Below the pieces are notes generated by a model that made no database searches, had not been told where the DNA came from, and was given only the letters and a program-made list of their open reading frames with translations. 64,000 bases of DNA from Candidatus Moraniibacteriota bacterium. GTDB taxonomy: Bacteria; Patescibacteriota; Minisyncoccia; Moranbacterales; UBA1568. Position numbers and translations under genes: made by a program. This document shows positions 52,053 through 60,340 of this stretch, piece after piece. Positions within the stretch are counted from its first letter, which is position 1; each line of letters starts with the position of its first letter. The stretch lies in assembly GCA_037133435.1 (NCBI GenBank), contig JBAXOD010000003.1, forward strand, positions 9,502 to 73,501, given 5' to 3'.

Positions 52053-52442
52053 TCACCGCGGACGACCCGCGGTTTTCGTTTCCTCCGATTCGGTCGTCTT
52101 TTTGAGCCAGCCACCGATCATCTTGCCGATCTCGACGCCGTATCCGGATAATTCGGCGTACCCGGCATCGTTGAGACATCGGGTATCGTGCGCGAGCCGG
52201 AGATGAAAGAAAAATATCCGCAGTGTCACGTCCATCTTGTTGAGGATCATGGCCCTCGATGTGCCACGTTTCGATTGAGCCAGGTAGCCGAGCTCGACAA
52301 TCTCGAGGAGGGACTGTTCGAGACGCATACCGAGCGAGTAGCGTGACGCTTTCGGAAATGAAAGAATACGGGTATGGAGACACCGATAACAGTCGGCAAG
52401 CCGAAGGAAAATGACCGGTTCCGAGAAGTTGCTGTCGTTCAT
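52053..52442 (-). CDS. avd: DGR accessory variability determinant (Avd-like four-helix bundle)
   Basis: FPKASRYSLGMRLE...LRLAHD...EIGKMIGGWLK; lies between TR and RT. Confidence 0.9.
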   Translation of the reverse strand: MNDSNFSEPVIFLRLADCYRCLHTRILSFPKASRYSLGMRLEQSLLEIVELGYLAQSKRGTSRAMILNKMDVTLRIFFFHLRLAHDTRCLNDAGYAELSGYGVEIGKMIGGWLKKTTESEETKTAGRPR

Positions 52443-52448
52443 GATGAT

Positions 52449-53474
52449 ATGTTCGAACGGATTATCTCACTTGAGAACCTGGTTGGCGCGTGGCGTGAAT
52501 TCCGAATCGGGAAACGTTCCAAAAAAGACGTCATCGAGTTCGGTGATCGGGTCGAAGAATATCTCGTGGCGCTCGCTCTCGACCTGAAAGCCGGGAAGTA
52601 TCGTCACGGACAGTATACCCGATTCATCGTCCACGATCCAAAACGGAGGGAAATATCCAAGGCGCCGGTCCGTGACCGGGTGCTCCACCATGCCCTTTGC
52701 CGAGTGATCGTTCCCGTGTTCGATCGCGGATTCATTTTCGATTCGTATGCGAATCGGACCGGGAAAGGGACACTTTCCGCGAATGACCGGCTCGATGCCT
52801 TCGTCCGGAAATGCTCGCGAAACGGCTCGCGCACGGCGTTCGTATTGAAGGCTGATATCCGGAAATACTTCGATTCGGTCGATCACGAAACGTTGCTTCG
52901 GATTTTGGGTCGACGGATCCGATGTGAACGAACGCTCGGATTGCTTCACTTTGTCGTTTCGAGCTTTGAAACGTCTCCCGGTAAAGGTATTCCACTCGGA
53001 AACTTGACGTCGCAACTGTTCTCCAACGCGTATCTCGATCCATTTGACCAGTTCGTAAAGCGAGAGCTCGGTGTGAAATACTATATCCGGTATGCCGATG
53101 ATTTCGTGGTCCTTTCGGACGATGTGGGAGCGCTTGACCGCATGCGGTCACGTATGGATGCGTTCCTGACCCTGAATCTCGGCCTCACGCTACATCCCGA
53201 GAAGACACGGATTGTTCGATTCGGGAGCGGGGTGGATTTTCTCGGGAAGGTGCATTTCCGATTTCACCGGGTCCTTCGCGTGAAAACGAAGAGACGAAGT
53301 ATCCGGAGAATCGCATCTCGGAATGAGTCATCGTATATCGGACTCCTGAGACATTCGCGGTCGCATGGATTGGTACGGATACTCCGTGATATACTGGAAC
53401 AAAGGAATATTTTGGAAGAAGTATGCGTGAACCCGTCTACAAAGCCGAGCGGAGCGTGGACCAGTCGGGTATGA
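52449..53474 (+). CDS. DGR reverse transcriptase
   Basis: PKRREISKAPVRDRVLHHA, KADIRKYFDSVDH, GIPLGNLTSQLFSN, YIRYADDF, GVDFLG; start MFERIISLENL preferred over 52374. Confidence 0.96.
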   Translation: MFERIISLENLVGAWREFRIGKRSKKDVIEFGDRVEEYLVALALDLKAGKYRHGQYTRFIVHDPKRREISKAPVRDRVLHHALCRVIVPVFDRGFIFDSYANRTGKGTLSANDRLDAFVRKCSRNGSRTAFVLKADIRKYFDSVDHETLLRILGRRIRCERTLGLLHFVVSSFETSPGKGIPLGNLTSQLFSNAYLDPFDQFVKRELGVKYYIRYADDFVVLSDDVGALDRMRSRMDAFLTLNLGLTLHPEKTRIVRFGSGVDFLGKVHFRFHRVLRVKTKRRSIRRIASRNESSYIGLLRHSRSHGLVRILRDILEQRNILEEVCVNPSTKPSGAWTSRV

Positions 53475-55471
53475 CACGTCCCGATTCGGGCGACAACGGC
53501 GACCCGGTGGCCGATTTTATCGAACGAAACAAACGTGCGCTTACGCAGTATGCCGGCGATGCGTCGCTTTCCGTGCGTTCTGCCGAGGGGGTGATGACAC
53601 CAGACGGCCCGCTTGAGACATGCGCGATCGATCTTGAGAAGGGAGAATATTATTTGCATCGACGGTTCCGGGACGGGGCATACGGTGGATCCGAGGAGAA
53701 GATGCTCTTCGGGGCGTTTCATGAGATAGAACACTTCCGCGAGCTTCGGGGTCTTTTGCGGGAGCACACCGGGTCGGACGTCTGGCGGAAATTGCGAAAG
53801 AAAAAAGAAGAACGGACGCGGTATCATATATTGGATAATTCTTTTGGTGATGTGAAGATGAATAATGCGGTCGTGAATCGCGCGCCCGTATTGTCCGGGA
53901 CGCGGGAAGAACTGTATCGGAGCGACCTATTTCCCGAGCGGGACTTGACGGGCCTTCCGAAACATTTGCAGTTCGTGCACGTGCTGAATTGCGAGATGCA
54001 GATCCCGGGCGAGACCTGGACGGTCGATCCGGACGTCCGTGAGGAATTCGAGAAACTGAAAACGATACGCGGTCAGAAATCCGGACGCCCGATACTCGAG
54101 TATGCGACCCATCCGGATATCTCGATGCGTGATCGACTGATCGTGCAAGACGCGCTCATCGAACCGGTGTACGAAAAATTCTTCGTAGAGGACGTTCGGA
54201 AGAAACAAGAACAGCAATCGAACAAACCTTCGGAATCGGGGCAAAAAAATGGTGAACCGGACCAAAGCGGGGATGCATCGAAACCGGGAAGCAGTGATGG
54301 AAAGCCGGATACGAATCAGGAGCCTCCATCGGAATCGTCTTCGAAGCCAGGGAATGAAATGCCTGGGCAGAGCGAAGGGGCTTCGGGTAAGTCGACCGAT
54401 GAAAACAGGACTGACCCCGAGAATCCCGAGGCATATTTCCGTAAGGAATATGATGACTATTTTAAACAGCATCCGGAGGCGATACCAAAAGACGTGTTGA
54501 AGCGTGTTGTGGAAGAGGAAATCACACGACAAAACGAAAGCATGCGAGATCCTGGAAAAAACGCGTTCGATGCGTATGCCCGGGCGCAGGGCGTCGAGCC
54601 GAACGATCTTCGGAACTATATGCGTTTCCGTGACTCGCTCGAAAAAATAACCGATTCGGAAACAGGCGAATCGGTTGTAGATGCGATACGAGAACTGTTC
54701 GAGCGGATTATTTCGAAACGTTTGAAGTGGATGCCAGAGCCGAAATACCCACTTCCGGAAGGGGACGAGCTTGAATATCCTGCAGAAGCAGTTGTCAGGA
54801 CACGCGCTGGCGAGACAGAACCAGACGTATGGAGTGAGACGGAATTTCGTGAAAAAGAGGGGGATTTCACGGGTGACTTCGATGTGACTCTTGTTGGTGA
54901 TACCTCGATTTCGATGGCGGAAAATGGCGGGAAAAAACGGGACGAACAGAAGAAAGGCATCATATTGATCATGGAGGCACTTTCTGAATTCTCGGAGCGA
55001 TTAGAAGAGGTGCGCTCGCGGCTCCGACATGATCTGCACGTCCGTTCGGAAGGATGGGTATTCGGGAATTCGGCGGAATGTGTCAAACCGCTGTCCGAGG
55101 ATTTGTCGGAGAAAGACCGGGTCGCGATGTACAAGCGACTTGGGAACACGAGCGGATCGACGAAGGACTTTCTCGTACTCAAAAAGTTGTCTGATGCCCT
55201 GACCGAAGATGAAGTGAATCGCATACGTAATGGAAGTCTTAAAAAAATTGTTATCGTCATGACCGATGGAGATAGTGATAACGTAGCGCTTGTACAAGAA
55301 GAGCTCAAAAAACTTCGTGATAATGGCGTCATCGTTATCGGCGTAGGGATAACTGAAGAAGGGAAATCGGCACTGACGACCTATGCGCCGGAGGCGAGGC
55401 TTTGTGAAAAAGCGACGGATGTAGCCATGGTTCTCGGTGAACTGCTCAAGGAACATCTCCGGAGCCTTTAA
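53471..55471 (+). CDS. HExxH motif + low-complexity linker + von Willebrand A domain protein
   Basis: FHEIEH; S/G/E/P-rich linker; MIDAS GDTSISM, GST, IVMTDGD; ATG 53471 overlaps the RT stop (alternative start 53423). Confidence 0.88.
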   Translation: MTRPDSGDNGDPVADFIERNKRALTQYAGDASLSVRSAEGVMTPDGPLETCAIDLEKGEYYLHRRFRDGAYGGSEEKMLFGAFHEIEHFRELRGLLREHTGSDVWRKLRKKKEERTRYHILDNSFGDVKMNNAVVNRAPVLSGTREELYRSDLFPERDLTGLPKHLQFVHVLNCEMQIPGETWTVDPDVREEFEKLKTIRGQKSGRPILEYATHPDISMRDRLIVQDALIEPVYEKFFVEDVRKKQEQQSNKPSESGQKNGEPDQSGDASKPGSSDGKPDTNQEPPSESSSKPGNEMPGQSEGASGKSTDENRTDPENPEAYFRKEYDDYFKQHPEAIPKDVLKRVVEEEITRQNESMRDPGKNAFDAYARAQGVEPNDLRNYMRFRDSLEKITDSETGESVVDAIRELFERIISKRLKWMPEPKYPLPEGDELEYPAEAVVRTRAGETEPDVWSETEFREKEGDFTGDFDVTLVGDTSISMAENGGKKRDEQKKGIILIMEALSEFSERLEEVRSRLRHDLHVRSEGWVFGNSAECVKPLSEDLSEKDRVAMYKRLGNTSGSTKDFLVLKKLSDALTEDEVNRIRNGSLKKIVIVMTDGDSDNVALVQEELKKLRDNGVIVIGVGITEEGKSALTTYAPEARLCEKATDVAMVLGELLKEHLRSL

Positions 55472-55550
55472 TGGGTCGGAGCATAGTCTATTTTCCCGAA
55501 ATGACCTTTTCTGGTACAATGGTGGCAGGATAACTCCTCTATTTTCATCT

Positions 55551-56309
55551 ATGGAAGGGAACGGCATCTACCTCTCGATCGTCATACCGGCATACAAGGA
55601 GGGAGAACGGATCGGCAGGAACCTGCTCGAGATAGACAAATACCTGAAAGCCAAGGATTTTACGTACGAGATCGTCGTCGTCGTGGACGGTTCGCCGGAC
55701 AATACCGCGGAAGTGGCCCGCAATTACGCTCATCAGGTCGCGAATCTCCGGGTGATCGAGAATACGGAAAATCACGGAAAGGGTTTCGTGGTGAGACAGG
55801 GACTGCTCGAGGCGAAGGGGAAGTATCGGGTTTTCCTGGACGCGGACGGCTCGACCTCCATCACGCATTGGGATTCCTTCGCACCGGTGTTCGAGAACGG
55901 GGCGGACGTGGTGATCGGCTCCCGGGATCTTCCGGATTCGTTCATCCAGGTCCATCAGCCGAAGTATCGCGAGGTGATGGGCAATATGGGGAATTGGCTG
56001 ATCCGTATCGCTTTGGGTCTGTGGAAATTTCCGGATACGCAGTGCGGTTTCAAGGCGCTGACCGGTGAAGCGGCGGATGCGGTCGCCAAGCGTATGGTCG
56101 TGGACCGGTTCGGATTCGATTTCGAGCTGATCACGCTGGCCAAACGGCTCGGGTTCCGGATAGAGCAGATGCCGGTCCGATGGATGAACGAGGAAGGCTC
56201 GACCGTCTCGCTCGCCGGAAAGAACGGTTTCACCCAGGTGCTGATCGATCTGTGGAATACGCGACTGAGGTTGTGGACCGGAGCGTATCGATTGAAAGAC
56301 GAGGCCTGA
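55551..56309 (+). CDS. GT2 polyprenyl-phosphate glycosyltransferase
   Basis: SIVIPAYKE, VVDGSPD, NHGKG, FLDADGS, DTQCGFK. Confidence 0.92.
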   Translation: MEGNGIYLSIVIPAYKEGERIGRNLLEIDKYLKAKDFTYEIVVVVDGSPDNTAEVARNYAHQVANLRVIENTENHGKGFVVRQGLLEAKGKYRVFLDADGSTSITHWDSFAPVFENGADVVIGSRDLPDSFIQVHQPKYREVMGNMGNWLIRIALGLWKFPDTQCGFKALTGEAADAVAKRMVVDRFGFDFELITLAKRLGFRIEQMPVRWMNEEGSTVSLAGKNGFTQVLIDLWNTRLRLWTGAYRLKDEA

Positions 56310-56347
56310 CGGAAGAATAAAAAAAGGAAAAAAAATAACACAAAGCC

Positions 56348-57421
56348 GTGAAAATAGAAGTGATCGAAAAAAAGACGGAACGTGGGGCGTCAGTCGTCCC
56401 GCCGAAGAACAAGGACTCCCGCGAATCGGAGTCCGAGTTGCGGCAGGATATCATCACCGGCGACTGGGTGGTCATCGCGACTGGCCGGGCGAAGCGGCCC
56501 GATGAGTTCGTTTCGCCGGAACGCGTTCCTGCGGACGAGGATGTAGCGGATCCGTTCTCCGATCTCGTGGCGAGCGGTCAGAAGGAATCCGTGCTCGTCT
56601 ATCGTCGTGCGGACGGGGATTGGAGCCTGTCGGTGATCCCGAACCTGTATCCGTCGTTTTCGAGTGGCAAGGTGCCACGCGACCTTTCGGAAGGCCCGTA
56701 TTTCGCGATGAGCGGGGTGGGATACCACGAAATCATCATCACGCGAGATCCGAAGCTTTCCATCGCGGAACTTCCACTCTGGCAGGTGGCCGAAGTGATC
56801 GACGCGTACCAGGACCGGTATCTCGCGCTCATGGCCAGGAAGAGCGTCAAATACATCCAGGTGTTTCATAATCACGGCAAGGAAGCGGGAGCGTCGATCC
56901 CTCACCCTCATTCCCAACTGATGGCAATCCCGATCATCTCGCCCTTTATCGAGTCGCAGCTTCGCGGGGCGGAACGGTATCGGAAGAACCATCGGGAGAA
57001 CGTGTTTCAGACCATCCTCGATTTCGAAAGCGAATCCCGGACCCGTTTCGTCTTCGAAAACGAACACTTCTTCGCGTTTTGTCCGTTTTCTTCGAGAGTC
57101 GCGTTCGAGACGTGGATCATGCCGAAAAAATCGGGAAACCCGTATTTTGAACGGATCACGGAAGAAGAAAAGCTCGCGCTTGCCGAAGCCCTGCAGAAGA
57201 CATTGTCCGCCATTCACGAAGGACTCGGCGACCCGGCATACAATTTCTATCTCAATACCGCGCCGTGCGACGGCAGGGAATATCCGTTCTACCGCTGGCA
57301 TGTCGAGATCCTGCCGAAGACCTCCGTGTGGGCGGGATTCGAGATCTCGACCGGTGTGGAAGTTTCCACGATCCAGCCTGAAGTGGCCGCAGAATATCTC
57401 CGCTCACAGCTCGAATCTTGA
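56348..57421 (+). CDS. Galactose-1-phosphate uridylyltransferase-like (GalT/HIT) protein
   Basis: ELRQDIITGDWVVIATGRAKRP, NHGKEAGASIPHPHSQ, WAGFE. Confidence 0.9.
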   Translation: MKIEVIEKKTERGASVVPPKNKDSRESESELRQDIITGDWVVIATGRAKRPDEFVSPERVPADEDVADPFSDLVASGQKESVLVYRRADGDWSLSVIPNLYPSFSSGKVPRDLSEGPYFAMSGVGYHEIIITRDPKLSIAELPLWQVAEVIDAYQDRYLALMARKSVKYIQVFHNHGKEAGASIPHPHSQLMAIPIISPFIESQLRGAERYRKNHRENVFQTILDFESESRTRFVFENEHFFAFCPFSSRVAFETWIMPKKSGNPYFERITEEEKLALAEALQKTLSAIHEGLGDPAYNFYLNTAPCDGREYPFYRWHVEILPKTSVWAGFEISTGVEVSTIQPEVAAEYLRSQLES

Positions 57422-57442
57422 TTCCGACCACCTGTACCACTT

Positions 57443-58231
57443 ATGACGAAACGATATTTTGTCGGCAATCTCAAGATGAATCCGGTTTCCGTGAGTCAGG
57501 CGGACGCGTATCTGGACGCGTTGCGGGAGGAACTCTCCGGAAAGGCTTTCAATGATACCAAGGTGATTATCGCCCCTCCGGCGGTGTATCTCGAACGGTT
57601 TGGAAACAGGCTTCCGAAGGGCATATCGCTTGCCGCTCAGGACACATTCTGGGAGCCGGAAGGATCGTTTACCGGGCAGATTTCACCGAACATGCTCCGG
57701 GATCTTGGATCGGCATTCGTCATCGTGGGACACAGCGAACGAAGGTCATACGCGCATGAGACCGATACCGAAGTGGGGCAAAAGGTCCGCGCCGCGATTC
57801 GTGAAGGTCTGCGTCCGATAGTGTGCGTCGGAGAGACGGCGGATGAAAAGGAACAAAACGAAACGGGAACCGTCATCACAAGACAGGTGACCGAGGCGCT
57901 ACGCGACGTGTCTTTTGAAGATATCGGTCGGATCATCGTCGCCTATGAACCGAGATGGGCTATCGGTACCGATCGGACCCCGGAACGGGAAGAGATCCGG
58001 GAAGTCGCGATTTTGATACGAAAGGTGATCGACTCGCTTCGCGGGGAGTCAGGCTCGGAGGTGCCGGTCCTCTATGGCGGATCCGTGAAGACGTCCCTGT
58101 TGGAAAAAGTCTGTTTCGGACCGGGTATGGACGGGGTGCTGGTCGGGCGCGACAGTCTCATCCCGAAAGAGGTGGTCGCGATGGTTGCGATAATCGACTC
58201 GTACGTGGAAAAAGGGACCGACGGGGAGTAG
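57443..58231 (+). CDS. tpiA: Triosephosphate isomerase
   Basis: GNLKMN, GHSERR, AYEPRWAIGT, LYGGSV. Confidence 0.96.
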   Translation: MTKRYFVGNLKMNPVSVSQADAYLDALREELSGKAFNDTKVIIAPPAVYLERFGNRLPKGISLAAQDTFWEPEGSFTGQISPNMLRDLGSAFVIVGHSERRSYAHETDTEVGQKVRAAIREGLRPIVCVGETADEKEQNETGTVITRQVTEALRDVSFEDIGRIIVAYEPRWAIGTDRTPEREEIREVAILIRKVIDSLRGESGSEVPVLYGGSVKTSLLEKVCFGPGMDGVLVGRDSLIPKEVVAMVAIIDSYVEKGTDGE

Positions 58232-58265
58232 ACGGAATAATACGATAGAACCGATACGAAAGACT

Positions 58266-59123
58266 ATGATACGAAACACGAAGGAACTTTTGATAGAGGC
58301 GAAGAAGGACGGGTATGCCGTCGGAGCGTTCAATACCGTCAATCTCGAGACGAGCAAGGCGATTCTCGATGCAGCCGCCGAACTCTCGGCTCCGGTCATC
58401 GTGCAACTCACGGAAAAGACAATGGAATATGCTGGAGGACGGGTCCTTTTTCAGTTGATCCGGAACATGGCCGAATTCTATCATCCGAACCTTCCTGTGG
58501 CGATCCATCTCGATCACGGGAAGAGTTTCGAGATCGTGGAACGGGCCATCGAGATCGGATTGCCGTCCGTCATGTACGACGGCTCGCGGCACACGTACGG
58601 CGATAATATCCGCACGACCGCGAAGGTCGTCACGTTCGCTCATACGAAAGGTGTTTCCGTACAGGGGGAACTCGGGAATGTTCCGTACCTTTCCGAGGTG
58701 AACGGGGCCATCGATTGGGACAAATATATGACCGATCCCGACGAGGCGGTACGGTTCGTCAAGGATACCGGTATCGATACGCTCGCGGTGGCTATCGGAA
58801 ACGCGCACGGATTCGCGACGGAACGGCCCGAGCCGGACTATGACCGGCTCTCCGAAATCGCCGGAAAAGTCTCCATACCGCTCGTCTTGCATGGCGCATC
58901 CGACTGGGAGGATGGCCGGGCGGAAGAGGCAATCAAGCGCGGCATTTCCTGTTTCAATGTCGATACCGCCATCAAACTCGCGTTCGTCGGTGCGGTGACT
59001 CGGGCCATCGGGGAAGGTGACAAGACCGATATCCGAAGTATCCTCGAGCCGGCTCGCGAGGCGGTCAAGGCGGAAGTGAAACGCAAGATACGGCTGTTCG
59101 GAGCCGCGGGAAAAGCAGCGTAG
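58266..59123 (+). CDS. fba: Class II fructose-bisphosphate aldolase
   Basis: YAVGAFN, HLDHG, SVMYDGS, AIGNAHG, LVLHGAS. Confidence 0.94.
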   Translation: MIRNTKELLIEAKKDGYAVGAFNTVNLETSKAILDAAAELSAPVIVQLTEKTMEYAGGRVLFQLIRNMAEFYHPNLPVAIHLDHGKSFEIVERAIEIGLPSVMYDGSRHTYGDNIRTTAKVVTFAHTKGVSVQGELGNVPYLSEVNGAIDWDKYMTDPDEAVRFVKDTGIDTLAVAIGNAHGFATERPEPDYDRLSEIAGKVSIPLVLHGASDWEDGRAEEAIKRGISCFNVDTAIKLAFVGAVTRAIGEGDKTDIRSILEPAREAVKAEVKRKIRLFGAAGKAA

Positions 59124-59230
59124 TCGAACGTCCATCAAGTCCATAAAGTCACGAATCGAAAATCGTGAATATGGTCGGGAGATGGCAAATGTGGAATCAA
59201 AAATCATAAAAAACGATAACACGAAAACAT

Positions 59231-60229
59231 ATGGCGGCGAAAAAAATAGCTATCAACGGTTTCGGGCGGATCGGACGTGCCGCGTTCAAGATCGCACTGC
59301 AGCGGAAAGGAAGCGAAGTGGTCGCGATTAACGATTTGACGGATGCGCCGACTCTGGCGCATCTGCTCCGATTCGATACCGCGTATGGGATATACCGTCA
59401 CCAGGTGAAAGCAGAGAAGGACGCGATCATCGTGGACGGGAAGCGGTACCCGGTCTTCTCCGAGCCGGATCCGAAAAAACTGCCCTGGAAGGATCTCGGT
59501 GTCGATGTCGTCTTGGAATGTACGGGGCGCTTCGTCGACGGGGAATCGGCCGGCCAGCACCTGTTTGCGGGTGCGGGCAAGGTCGTGCTGTCGGCTCCGC
59601 CCAAAGGGGAAAACGAGATCCCGACCTATCTCATCGGCGTGAACGATCGGGAATACAAGGGCGAGGCCATCGTTTCGAACGCGTCGTGCACCACCAACTG
59701 CATCGCGCCGGTCGCGAAGATCATCTCGAAGCGGTTCGGGATCGTGAAGGCCATGATGACGACCATCCATTCGTACACGGCCGATCAGAACCTTGAGGAC
59801 GGTCCGCATCGCGATCTTCGTCGCGCGCGCGCGGCGGCACAAAACATCGTACCGACCACGACCGGCGCGGCGATTTCGGTGGCGCGGCTCCTTCCGGAGA
59901 TCGCGGGGAAGTTCGACGGGCTCGCCATCCGCGTTCCCACGCTCGTCGCGTCGTTGACCGACTTCACTTTCCTCGTCTCGAAGAAGACGACCGCCGAAGA
60001 GGTGAACGCCGCGATCGAGGAAGCGAGCCGGGACAAGGAATACGCCCGGGCGCTTGCCGTCACGCGGGAACCTCTGGTCTCGTCGGATTTCGTCGGCAAT
60101 CCGTTCTCGAGCATCGTCGATCTCTCTCTGACCAAAGTGGTGGACGGCGACCTTGTAAAAGTCATGGCGTGGTATGATAATGAATGGGGATACTCGAACC
60201 GGCTCGTCGAACTCGCCGAAGAAATATAG
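59231..60229 (+). CDS. gap: Glyceraldehyde-3-phosphate dehydrogenase
   Basis: INGFGRIGR, SNASCTTNC, WYDNEWGYS. Confidence 0.98.
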   Translation: MAAKKIAINGFGRIGRAAFKIALQRKGSEVVAINDLTDAPTLAHLLRFDTAYGIYRHQVKAEKDAIIVDGKRYPVFSEPDPKKLPWKDLGVDVVLECTGRFVDGESAGQHLFAGAGKVVLSAPPKGENEIPTYLIGVNDREYKGEAIVSNASCTTNCIAPVAKIISKRFGIVKAMMTTIHSYTADQNLEDGPHRDLRRARAAAQNIVPTTTGAAISVARLLPEIAGKFDGLAIRVPTLVASLTDFTFLVSKKTTAEEVNAAIEEASRDKEYARALAVTREPLVSSDFVGNPFSSIVDLSLTKVVDGDLVKVMAWYDNEWGYSNRLVELAEEI

Positions 60230-60340
60230 TCAAAAAACCACAACATACAACATACAACTTACAACTCTCAACCACCACTGTTTTTCCATCCGTGACAGTT
60301 TCCGGGTTGTCCGTTGTCAGTCGTAAGTTGTCAGTTACGT

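Noticed and set aside
51796-52206. 136-aa plus-strand ORF containing a near copy of the target C-terminus
   Set aside because: It is the TR read in frame, has a weak start and overlaps avd antisense; better explained as the non-coding template
52374-53474. RT as a group II intron, retron or CRISPR-associated RT
   Set aside because: No maturase or endonuclease extension, intron ends, msr/msd or cas genes seen; the SQ motif, Avd and TR/VR pair identify a DGR
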